From a bacterium (GTDB lineage Bacteria > Bacteroidota > Bacteroidia > Bacteroidales > Bacteroidaceae), in the NCBI GenBank assembly GCA_963657415.1, contig CAVKNF010000002.1, positions 1 through 42,445 of the forward strand: a DNA stretch of 42,445 nt. The letters run 5' to 3'. Made by a program: the position numbers and the translations under genes. This document shows, piece by piece, positions 27,123 to 35,539 of this stretch. Within the stretch, counting starts at the first letter, position 1, and every line of letters begins with the position of its first letter. The notes below the pieces were generated by a model, which was not told the DNA's origin, searched no databases, and saw nothing but the letters and a program-made list of their open reading frames with translations.

Positions 27123-27173
27123 GTCGTTTTTAGGCGGGTTATATTGCTTCCCTGCCTCTATGGCGCTACGCTT

Positions 27174-28784
27174 TTAGAATATCGGCTGACCTACGCAACC
27201 GTTAGGTGCTTGCATGTGAAGCATGGCGGCTATGGTAGGAGCGATGTCGGTCATGAAAGTCTGACGGGTAGTGGCGCCGTGCTCTATGCCCCATCCCATG
27301 AATACGAGAGGAATGTGGGTGTCATAAGGATTCCACATGCCGTGGTTGGTGCCGCGTGATCCGTGGGCATAGAAACCAGGCTTGGTGATAGCGGTCACAT
27401 CTCCACTACGTTCGCGGTTGTAGCCGTTGATGATGCGGAATTTCACATCTTCGGGTATGCTCTCCGTGGCAGTCTTCTCCATGTCGCAAGCGTAGAGCAC
27501 ATCCTTGTCTTCCTTGAGTCTATTGACTACTATCTCCTTTATTTTAGCAAAGTCGAGGTTTTGTGACTTTATCATACTGCGATTGAAGAACACCTGATAG
27601 TTCATCACAGTCAGGATGGTGCCTGCAGCCTCGGGATATTCCTTTGCCAAAGCCTCTTCCAGATACTTCTTTGCAGCCTTTCCGCTCCAAGTTCCAGCAG
27701 GGATGCGGTTGTCCTGCAGGTAAGTGGAATTGTTCATGGCTCCGTGGTCGGCGCTGAGGAAGAGCAGATAGTTGCCCTTGCCAATCTTGTTGTCGAGATA
27801 TGTGAAGAAGTCTGCCAGAGACTTGTCGAGACGCAGATAGGTGTCTTCGGTCTCGATGGCGTGTGTGCCCACCTGATGGCCGATGTAGTCGGGACTTGAG
27901 CAACTCACGGTCAGAAGGTCGGTGATGTCGTCGTCGCCGAGATTTTCTCCTTCCAAGGCAGCCTTTGCCATGTCAAATGTCAGTTCGTTGCCCATAGGAG
28001 TGTTTCTTATGATACCGTAGCCATATTTCTTGAACAGACCAGGAAGGTCGAGCGGAAGGGTAGGTTTCACACCTTCCCTTATGCCGTCCTCATAGGCATT
28101 GTCGTCGGCTGTACTCTGCAAATAAGTGTCCTTTGGATACAGAGTATTCCATGCCTGTGAGAGATACTTAGCTGAAAGTTTCCTCTTGTTGAAGTCCTCC
28201 ACCCACTTTGGCAGTTTGTCCATATAATATGTGCTGGTGATGAATTTTCCCGATTCATCATCAAACCAGTATGCACCATTAGGATTGTGTCCTGCAGGAA
28301 GGATGGACGAACGGTCTTTGAGTGCTACTCCAACAACCTTCGAACGACCATTGGTGGCTATCTTCATCTCGTCGCCGATAGTCGTCACGAGCAGGTTGTT
28401 TGGCGACATCAATCCAGCCTTGCTGTCGCTTCCTACGGGTTTCACAGTGTTGTCGTCCGTGCAGTATACCTTCTGACCGTCTTTCACGAAATTGTTTCCT
28501 GCTATGCCGTGGATAGAAGGCACGCTACCCGTATAGATGCAAGTGTGGCCGATGGCGGTCACGGCAGGTACGTAGGGCAGACGGGTGTTCTCGCATGAAT
28601 AGCCTTCTCTGAGCAGGCGTTTGAATCCGCCTTCGCAGTAGCGGTCTTCATAGCGGTAGAGATAGTCCCATCGCATCTGGTCGATAACTACTCCGACAAC
28701 AAGTTTCGGACGTTCCGTTTGTGCGTTGATTGATACGCACCCTAATGTGCATGCCATAATGGCAAGGGTTAGAATTTTTCTCAT
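27174..28784 (-). CDS. pafA: Alkaline phosphatase, PafA type
   Basis: RPKLVVG..IDQMRWDY, Thr nucleophile in VTAIGH, HGI.GN, KDRS, DYIGH, SADHG, HG...YDTHIP. Confidence 0.9.
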   Translation of the reverse strand: MRKILTLAIMACTLGCVSINAQTERPKLVVGVVIDQMRWDYLYRYEDRYCEGGFKRLLREGYSCENTRLPYVPAVTAIGHTCIYTGSVPSIHGIAGNNFVKDGQKVYCTDDNTVKPVGSDSKAGLMSPNNLLVTTIGDEMKIATNGRSKVVGVALKDRSSILPAGHNPNGAYWFDDESGKFITSTYYMDKLPKWVEDFNKRKLSAKYLSQAWNTLYPKDTYLQSTADDNAYEDGIREGVKPTLPLDLPGLFKKYGYGIIRNTPMGNELTFDMAKAALEGENLGDDDITDLLTVSCSSPDYIGHQVGTHAIETEDTYLRLDKSLADFFTYLDNKIGKGNYLLFLSADHGAMNNSTYLQDNRIPAGTWSGKAAKKYLEEALAKEYPEAAGTILTVMNYQVFFNRSMIKSQNLDFAKIKEIVVNRLKEDKDVLYACDMEKTATESIPEDVKFRIINGYNRERSGDVTAITKPGFYAHGSRGTNHGMWNPYDTHIPLVFMGWGIEHGATTRQTFMTDIAPTIAAMLHMQAPNGCVGQPIF

Positions 28785-28788
28785 ATCT

Positions 28789-29238
28789 TTATATGTTAGA
28801 ATAATCGGGTATATTACTTAAAAAGGTGTATTTGTTTTCCTCCCTACTTACCACACAACAATAGTGCTCCAGACCATTGCTAACGATGAGGTAACTCACC
28901 CCAAGAAGCAGGTTGTAGGTGCTTATCTGCTGAAACACCTTCTCGGTGATTGCTATGTGAGGCGCCTTATATTCTATTATCATGCGCGCTTTCATGTCGC
29001 TACCATAGAGCACGGTGTCAGCCCTGAGAGTCTTGTTGCCCATCTGCAGTTTCACCTCATTGGCGAGGAGCGAGGCAGGATAGCCTTTGTGGTTGATGAG
29101 GAAGTTGACGAAATGCTGGCGAACCCATTCCTCGGGCGTGAGCGCAACATATTTCCGGCGAAGCCGGTCGAAAATATATGGTTTTGCGGCATCGCCTTTC
29201 ACGCGGACATCATAGGTGGGGAGGTTAAGGTTGAGCAT
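28789..29238 (-). CDS. Stand-alone HsdR N-terminal-like (HSDR_N_2) PD-(D/E)xK domain protein
   Basis: IFD..R.KYV.LTPEEWVRQ, RAD, IEYKAP, Q...YN, SNG; divergent from holA. Confidence 0.88.
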   Translation of the reverse strand: MLNLNLPTYDVRVKGDAAKPYIFDRLRRKYVALTPEEWVRQHFVNFLINHKGYPASLLANEVKLQMGNKTLRADTVLYGSDMKARMIIEYKAPHIAITEKVFQQISTYNLLLGVSYLIVSNGLEHYCCVVSREENKYTFLSNIPDYSNI

Positions 29239-29282
29239 ATAAAATAAAGAGTGTTTTATTTTTTTCTTCGGTCAACTTTCTG

Positions 29283-29315
29283 TAACTTTGTCTTGATAAT
29301 ACCAGTGCAAAGGTA
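29283..29315. promoter_or_regulatory. Face-to-face -7 boxes for holA and the HSDR_N gene
   Basis: TAACTTTG plus (29283-29290) and TACCTTTG minus (29308-29315). Confidence 0.55.
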
Positions 29316-29360
29316 ATAAAAAGATTCTATGCCAAGGCACTGGTGCAAAACTAAATCGAC

Positions 29361-30389
29361 ATGGCAACAGCAAAAGACCCGTCTTCCTTTGAGGGCATCA
29401 TGAGCAACATCAAAGCCCGGAAGTTCTCACCTATATATATATTGATGGGGGAGGAGTCTTATTTCATCGACAAGATTTGTGACGCCATAGCCATGTCGGT
29501 GCTTCCCGAAGACGAAAGGGAATTCAATCAGTTTGTAGTATTCGGTTCGGATGTCACCTCTGCACAAGTGGCAGACCTGGCGCGTGAACTTCCCATGATG
29601 TCGCAATATAAGGTGATAATCGTGAAGGAAGCACAAAACATCAAGAGTACTGAAGAACTGGAAAAGTATCTCGACCATCCGTCTCCGCAGACGGTTTTGG
29701 TGTATTGCTACAAGAACGGCACGATAGACAAACGCAAGAAGATAATATCTAAGGCGAAGTCTGCGGGCGTAGTCTTCGAGAGCGTGAAGTTGAAGGATGC
29801 GGCACTGCCGTCATTCATCTCTTCCTACATGCAGTCTCATGGCGTGACGATAGACCAGCGCATCATCTCGGTTATCGCGGAGTCGATAGGGAGTAACCTG
29901 ACAAGACTCTCTTCGGAACTCGACAAACTGATTCTTTCCTTGCCGGACAACGACAAGAGAGTCACTCCCGAATTGGTGGAGAAGGTAATCGGAGTGAGCA
30001 AGGAGTATAATCCCTTTGAACTTAAAAACGCACTCCTTTCGCGCAACATTTCCAAGGCTTACGGCATCATCAATTATTTTGACAAAAATCCAAAGTCGGG
30101 TGGGGCGTTCGTCTTGGTGCCTTCCTTGTTTAGTTTCTTCCAAAATCTGATGCTCGTGTGGTACGCTCCCAACAGGAATGATGCCAAAGCCATCGCCCAA
30201 TACATGGGCTTCAAAACGGAGTGGCAGGTGCGTGACTACATCTCAGGCATGAGAGTGTTCTCTGCCATGAAGACGATGCAGATAATCTCCAAACTGTGCG
30301 AAATAGATGAAAAGAACAAGGGTTTGAACTCCTCAAACACTCCTTCTGGCGACCTAATGAAGGAGTTGATCTTCTTTATTCTGCACTAA
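29361..30389 (+). CDS. holA: DNA polymerase III subunit delta
   Basis: PIYILMGEESYFID, FNQ...G, PMM....V.IVKEAQ, ELDKL, GVSKEYN.FEL, KELIFFILH. Confidence 0.95.
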   Translation: MATAKDPSSFEGIMSNIKARKFSPIYILMGEESYFIDKICDAIAMSVLPEDEREFNQFVVFGSDVTSAQVADLARELPMMSQYKVIIVKEAQNIKSTEELEKYLDHPSPQTVLVYCYKNGTIDKRKKIISKAKSAGVVFESVKLKDAALPSFISSYMQSHGVTIDQRIISVIAESIGSNLTRLSSELDKLILSLPDNDKRVTPELVEKVIGVSKEYNPFELKNALLSRNISKAYGIINYFDKNPKSGGAFVLVPSLFSFFQNLMLVWYAPNRNDAKAIAQYMGFKTEWQVRDYISGMRVFSAMKTMQIISKLCEIDEKNKGLNSSNTPSGDLMKELIFFILH

Positions 30390-31193
30390 AAACGCTAATT
30401 TAAGCCTACTTTTTCGCTAGTTTGTCGGTTCTCGAAAACGCTCATTTTCGCCCTTCGAGTCCGATAAACACTTGCTTTCCCGTAAATCCTAATCCACTTT
30501 TTAGCCCCCTTTTTTCGTCCAACAAACCGCTTGCTCACAAAAGCGTCTGAAATGAAGATTAGCCTCTTTTGGGGTTACAGGTAATTTGGAGTTCACAATC
30601 ATTAACTTTATGTGTGTATAGAAAGATGAAAGGCATTTATAAATATAATGTTTAGACATGTAAATGTAAACACTTGCAAAGTATAAACCATGCGTATACA
30701 TACAACTCTAAATCTATATTTATAAATTGATAAATCTACATAAATAAACCAATACTTATATTTATGCATACGCGATTTGGTATATATAACAAATAGAAAC
30801 CCAATAAGTTAAACCGAGTATTTACTAACATAAACACCATTTTGCATCATCATGCGCCCGTTGTTATGCATTACAACCGATATATACGGGATTATGCAAC
30901 AAATAACCCTTTATAAACCTTATATTTAAGACGTTTATCTCAAATAACTTCATATTTACAATTTAGATAATTGAATTTACAAATACAAAAACATAAACAA
31001 TATAATACTCCTTCTCTTATCTAAGTCTACAAATCAAAATACATAAATCTACATTATAAAACGATAAATCTTGGTTTACATATTTGTATGCTTCAATTAT
31101 TTGTTTTACCTTTGCAAATGCTTAAGAAAAGCCCGTTTTATCACCTGCTTCATACTTATGACCTATGAAAGCGGGTCTTCAAAACCTATAAAA
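30390..31193. other. ~800-bp AT-rich non-coding region with repeated TYTACA motifs
   Basis: No credible ORF; TTTACA/TCTACA at 30735, 30955, 30976, 31026, 31048, 31075, inverted at 30659 and 30665; promoter TTTG (31083) / TACCTTTG (31107-31114). Confidence 0.6.
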
Positions 31194-31679
31194 ATGAAAG
31201 ATAGAATACGTCAGTTAATGGAAACGCAGCATCTCAGTCAGCAGCAATTTGCCGACATGCTCAACATCTCCCCTGCCTCATTGAGCAGCATCTTTAATGA
31301 TCGCACCAAGCCAACCCTCAATCATGTGGATGCCATACAGCGCAGTTTCCCCGATGTCAATCTCAGATGGTTGCTATATGGTGAAGGAGAAATGTTTGAT
31401 TCCAAGCATGAAAACTCCTCTGCTATAACATCCAACGACTCGTCTGCATCATCCAGACCATCGGCTCCAGGAGGCGAGATGGTGATAGATTTCGGTCCTG
31501 TCACTCCTACTCCACAGCAGCAGAGGACATCCTCTCCTGTGTCGCAACAAAGTCTTAAAGGCGACAGCATGCACGACTCTACGGGTTGGAAAAATACTGA
31601 CATACGACAACGCAAGATAGCAGAGATTCGCATCTTCTATGACGACCAGACATGGGAGACTTTCATACCTAAGAAGTAG
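31194..31679 (+). CDS. XRE-family HTH protein with linker and conserved C-terminal motif
   Basis: MKDRIRQLM....LSQQQFA..L.IS.ASLSSIFN.RTKP, WLLYGEGEM; tail RKIAEIRIFYDDQTWETF; start reset to 31194. Confidence 0.88.
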   Translation: MKDRIRQLMETQHLSQQQFADMLNISPASLSSIFNDRTKPTLNHVDAIQRSFPDVNLRWLLYGEGEMFDSKHENSSAITSNDSSASSRPSAPGGEMVIDFGPVTPTPQQQRTSSPVSQQSLKGDSMHDSTGWKNTDIRQRKIAEIRIFYDDQTWETFIPKK

Positions 31680-31710
31680 AGAATAGATACCTTAGAAATA
31701 GAGACAATGT

Positions 31711-31742
31711 GATGATGCCGGAGACAAACCTCCGGCATTGTC
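31711..31742 (+). terminator. Hairpin after the XRE gene
   Basis: atgccggag / ctccggcat stem, extendable with G-U pairs; weak U-tract. Confidence 0.5.
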
Positions 31743-31809
31743 GTATACGTTTCTCGATTATTTTGTCTACTTTTGCATACTGTAATGTTACACCTTATTT
31801 ATATTATAC

Positions 31810-32583
31810 ATGAAGAAGTATTGTGCTGATTTGAGGGTAAGGTCCATTGACCGGCCCACACCCCATCATGTAGTCCTCCGACTGGCTTCTCCCGTGCCTG
31901 TCGACGGCATATTGCCCGGACAGTTTGTGGAAGTGCGGGTGGACGACACCCCTTCCACCATGCTGCGTCGCCCCATATCTATCAACAATGTCATTCCTGA
32001 GACGAATGAGATATGGCTCTTGGTGCATGTCGTAGGCGACGGCACGGCATGGATGTCGCGCCTTAAGGAAGGCGACACTGTCAACTGCGTCCTGCCCCTC
32101 GGCAACGGTTTCACCCTGCCAAATGAAGGCGAACGCCTGCTCCTCGTAGGCGGAGGCGTGGGAACGGCGCCGTTGCTCTATCTAGGCAAACGCTGTGCCG
32201 AGGCAGGTGCCACTCCCATTTTCCTCCTGGGAGCAAAGACAAAGGAAGACCTGCTGCAACTTGACGAGTTTGAGAAGATAGGCCAGGTGTGCATAACCAC
32301 CGAAGACGGCAGCTATGGCGAACGGGGCTTTGTGACCAACCATTCGCTTCTGCAAAGCGAAACCTTCACTCGCATACAGGTGTGCGGTCCTAAGCCCATG
32401 ATGATGGCTGTGGCAAAGTATGCCTCGTCGTGCGACACGGAGTGCGAGGTGTCGCTAGAGAACATGATGGCTTGCGGTCTGGGAGCCTGTCTCTGTTGCG
32501 TGGAAAAGACCGTTAAGGGCAATACTTGTGTGTGTAAGGAAGGACCCGTATTCAATATAAAAGACTTGTTATGGCAGATTTAA
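31810..32583 (+). CDS. pyrK: Dihydroorotate dehydrogenase electron transfer subunit
   Basis: PGQFV, LRRPISI, PLGNGF, GGGVG.AP, TEDGS.G, CGP.PMM, MACG.GAC..C...C.EGPVF; TACTTTTG at 31768-31775. Confidence 0.95.
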   Translation: MKKYCADLRVRSIDRPTPHHVVLRLASPVPVDGILPGQFVEVRVDDTPSTMLRRPISINNVIPETNEIWLLVHVVGDGTAWMSRLKEGDTVNCVLPLGNGFTLPNEGERLLLVGGGVGTAPLLYLGKRCAEAGATPIFLLGAKTKEDLLQLDEFEKIGQVCITTEDGSYGERGFVTNHSLLQSETFTRIQVCGPKPMMMAVAKYASSCDTECEVSLENMMACGLGACLCCVEKTVKGNTCVCKEGPVFNIKDLLWQI

Positions 32584-33479
32584 GAGTAAAGATAAAGGGA
32601 CTCGATCTGAAGAATCCCGTGATGACAGCTTCGGGCACATTCGGCTATGGTGTGGAATATGCCGACTTCGTTCCGTTGGAAGAGATAGGTGCGATAATTG
32701 TCAAGGGCACGACTCTCCATCCGCGTGAGGGAAATGACTATCCGCGTATGGCAGAGACAGCACAGGGCATGCTCAACTGTGTGGGGCTGCAGAATAAGGG
32801 CGTAGACTACTTCTGCGAGCATATCTATCCCGAGTTGCAGGATGTAGACGCCAATTTCATCGTAAATGTGAGCGGTTCGTCGCCCGACGACTATGCTGAG
32901 TGCGCAGCCCGTGTCAACGCCTTGGACAAGATTCCTGCCATAGAGTTGAATATCTCCTGTCCTAACGTCAAGCAGGGTGGCATGGCATTTGGAGTCACGG
33001 CAGCGGGTGCTGCAAGCGTGGTGAAGGCCGTGCGCCGCAGTTATGGCAAGACTCTCATAGTGAAACTCTCGCCCAATGTCACCGACATAGCAGAGATAGC
33101 CAAGGCTGTGGAGGCTGAGGGAGCCGACAGCGTGTCGCTCATCAACACCCTCATGGGTACTTCCATCGATATCGAGCGTCGCCGCTTCAATCTGAGCATA
33201 GGCACAGGCGGAATGTCGGGTCCTGCCGTAAAGCCTGTGGCCCTGTGCATGGTGCATAAGGTGGCAAAGGCTGTCAATATTCCTGTCGTAGGTCTTGGCG
33301 GCATCATGACTGCCGAGGATGCCATAGAATTCTTCATGGCGGGTGCTTCTGCCATAGAGATAGGCACGGCCAACTTCATTGACCCACAAGCCTCTATAAA
33401 AGTGCGTGACGGCATCAATAGTTGGCTCGACAATCACGGATGCAAGTCATTGAGCGAGATTGTCGGTTGCCTGTGCTGA
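32571..33479 (+). CDS. pyrD: Dihydroorotate dehydrogenase class 1B, catalytic subunit
   Basis: [43 protein letters not shown]. Confidence 0.96.
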   Translation: MADLRVKIKGLDLKNPVMTASGTFGYGVEYADFVPLEEIGAIIVKGTTLHPREGNDYPRMAETAQGMLNCVGLQNKGVDYFCEHIYPELQDVDANFIVNVSGSSPDDYAECAARVNALDKIPAIELNISCPNVKQGGMAFGVTAAGAASVVKAVRRSYGKTLIVKLSPNVTDIAEIAKAVEAEGADSVSLINTLMGTSIDIERRRFNLSIGTGGMSGPAVKPVALCMVHKVAKAVNIPVVGLGGIMTAEDAIEFFMAGASAIEIGTANFIDPQASIKVRDGINSWLDNHGCKSLSEIVGCLC

Positions 33480-33501
33480 CAAATTAGTAAAGATGTGTTA
33501 T

Positions 33502-33539
33502 AAAAAAGAATTTAGGGTTACCACAACGGTAACCCTAAA
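33502..33539 (-). terminator. Intrinsic terminator of the sRNA (may also stop aroC/pyrD read-through)
   Basis: 12-bp stem tttagggttacc / ggtaaccctaaa, then TTCTTTTTT on the minus strand. Confidence 0.8.
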
Positions 33540-33606
33540 CCAACACAAAAACTAAACTAGACTTAACTAGACAATCATGGCGGTTTCTCAACCTCATGAT
33601 TGTCGA
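33502..33606 (-). ncRNA. Putative trans-acting small RNA (~105 nt)
   Basis: TAATTTTG at 33610-33617; 5' stem GACAATCATG/CATGATTGTC capped by GGTT-GAGA-AACC; single-stranded U/G-rich middle; terminator stem then U-tract. Confidence 0.75.
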
Positions 33607-33678
33607 TTACAAAATTACGCTTTTATTTTTATTTTGCAAGGAAAAGGCAAAAAATAATTAAAAAAAAGACGTTTTCTA

Positions 33679-34749
33679 TTAAAAAACGTCCATTTTTATA
33701 AGTATATTATCCAATATGACCATTGCCGCCATGGCTTCCACGATGGGAACTGCTCGTGGCACTACGCATGGGTCATGCCGTCCGTGCACCTTCAGTGTAG
33801 TCTTTTTTCCGTCCTTGTCGACTGTGTCCTGTTCGGTCAGGATGGTGGCCACGGGTTTGAAAGCAACGCGGAAATAGATGTCCTGACCATTGCTTATGCC
33901 GCCCTGTATGCCTCCGCTATGGTTGGTGAGTGTAGTTATTTTTCCTTCTTCTGATGTGAAGATGTCATTCTGCGTGCTGCCGTGTCCGCTCACGCATGCG
34001 AATCCGTCGCCATATTCAAATCCCTTGGCAGCGTTAATGCTCAGCATGGCGTAGCCCAGGCTGGCGTGCAACTTGTCAAATTCGGGTTCGCCCAGTCCTA
34101 CGGGGCATCCTTTTATCACGCAGGTGACGATGCCTCCCACGGTGTCGCCCTTCTCCTTCATCGAGAGCACATACTCCTCCATCATCCGCGCCTTCTTCTG
34201 GTCGGGGCAGCGCACAGGGTTGTCTTCTGTGGTCGTGAGGTCAAGTTGGCGGTAGTCCTCATCCACGGTGATGTCGCCTATCTGCGATGTGTAAGCCTGT
34301 ATGTCTATGCCCTTCTGCTTGAGAGCGAGTTTCGCCAAAGCGCCACCCACGCATCGGCTGATGGTGATGCGTGCCGAAGAGCGTCCGCCGCCCCTATGGT
34401 CGCGTATGCCATATTTGCTCGTGTAGGTGAAGTCGGCATGCGACGGACGAAACACGTTGCGTATGTTCTCATAGTCAGACGAATGCTGGTTGGTATTCCT
34501 CACGATAAATCCTATGGGGCATCCCGTAGACTTGCCCTCAAACACGCCGCTAAGTATCTCCACCTTGTCGGCCTCCTTGCGACCTGTCGTGATGCGGCTT
34601 TGTCCGGGTCGGCGACGGTTGAGTTCCGACTGTATGAAGTCCATGTCGATGTCGATGCCTGCTGGCATGCCGTCGACGACTCCGCCTATGGCCTCGCCGT
34701 GGCTCTCGCCGAAGGTGGTGAGGGTGAATTTTCGTCCGAAAGTGTTCAT
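33679..34749 (-). CDS. aroC: Chorismate synthase
   Basis: [49 protein letters not shown]. Confidence 0.97.
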   Translation of the reverse strand: MNTFGRKFTLTTFGESHGEAIGGVVDGMPAGIDIDMDFIQSELNRRRPGQSRITTGRKEADKVEILSGVFEGKSTGCPIGFIVRNTNQHSSDYENIRNVFRPSHADFTYTSKYGIRDHRGGGRSSARITISRCVGGALAKLALKQKGIDIQAYTSQIGDITVDEDYRQLDLTTTEDNPVRCPDQKKARMMEEYVLSMKEKGDTVGGIVTCVIKGCPVGLGEPEFDKLHASLGYAMLSINAAKGFEYGDGFACVSGHGSTQNDIFTSEEGKITTLTNHSGGIQGGISNGQDIYFRVAFKPVATILTEQDTVDKDGKKTTLKVHGRHDPCVVPRAVPIVEAMAAMVILDNILIKMDVF

Positions 34750-34800
34750 CTTTGTTTGTCCTTTCGCGTTAATAGGTGGGTTATATAATAATTAGCCTTG

Positions 34801-35436
34801 TTACGAAGCGCAGTGTCCGCAACCGCCTCCGCAGCAGTTGCCCTCGCAGTTGTCGCCTTCATCGTCGCAGTTGCCGCAACCTCCCTGACAACCGCCGTCG
34901 CCACAACTTCCGCCGTGGCATCCTCCGCCGCATCCTCCGCAGTGGTGGGGCATGGTGAGCGCCATGACTTCCTCGTCGGTGGCTGGGTGCGACTCGATCA
35001 CTTGTCCTCTGATCAGCAGGTCTTTGCCCGCTAGAGGGTGATTGCAGTCCAGTCGCACGTGGTTTTCGCACACCTCGAGCACTGTGGCTCCCGTCACTTC
35101 GCCCGCTTCATTCTGCAGGGGAATGATGGTGCCAGGATACACCATATCGCTCGGAAACTTGCCGTTGATGTAGAGATATTCCTTCGGCATTTCTATCACG
35201 GCCTCGGGGTCATGCTCTCCGAATGCTGTTTCGCGGGTGAGTCCCAGTTCGAAGTCGTCGCCTTTGGCCAGCGTCGCCAGTTTGTCCTCCAACTGTGTCA
35301 GCGGGATCATGTTTATGCCCGTGATCACAGTCATCGGCTTGTCTTCCGTCGTAGCCTCTATCAGGATGTTTTTTCCGCCCGTGATGTCATACATTTCATA
35401 TGACGCGACGATATATTTCCTTGGATTTTGTTCCAT
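34801..35436 (-). CDS. slyD: SlyD-like FKBP peptidyl-prolyl isomerase with Cys/Gly/His-rich tail
   Basis: AFGE.D, insert-in-flap region, LDCNHPLAGKDL; start reset to MEQNP at 35436; TATCTTTG at 35467-35474. Confidence 0.85.
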   Translation of the reverse strand: MEQNPRKYIVASYEMYDITGGKNILIEATTEDKPMTVITGINMIPLTQLEDKLATLAKGDDFELGLTRETAFGEHDPEAVIEMPKEYLYINGKFPSDMVYPGTIIPLQNEAGEVTGATVLEVCENHVRLDCNHPLAGKDLLIRGQVIESHPATDEEVMALTMPHHCGGCGGGCHGGSCGDGGCQGGCGNCDDEGDNCEGNCCGGGCGHCAS

Positions 35437-35539
35437 CTTTTTATTCGTGTGAAAAATACAATAGCGCAAAGATACGGATTTAATCTGTAATACTTGCCAA
35501 TGCAGATGTTTTTTGTTTATTTTGTAGGTCAAAAATGTT

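Noticed and set aside
28789..29238. Type I restriction-modification system
   Set aside because: Only a 149-aa N-terminal-like domain; no helicase, hsdM or hsdS.
30390..31193. Definite oriC or dif call; ORF 30501-30701 and the 31071 extension
   Set aside because: No perfect TTATCCACA or XerCD 11-6-11 site recognised; the ORFs are low-complexity and overlap the promoter. Kept only as a hypothesis.
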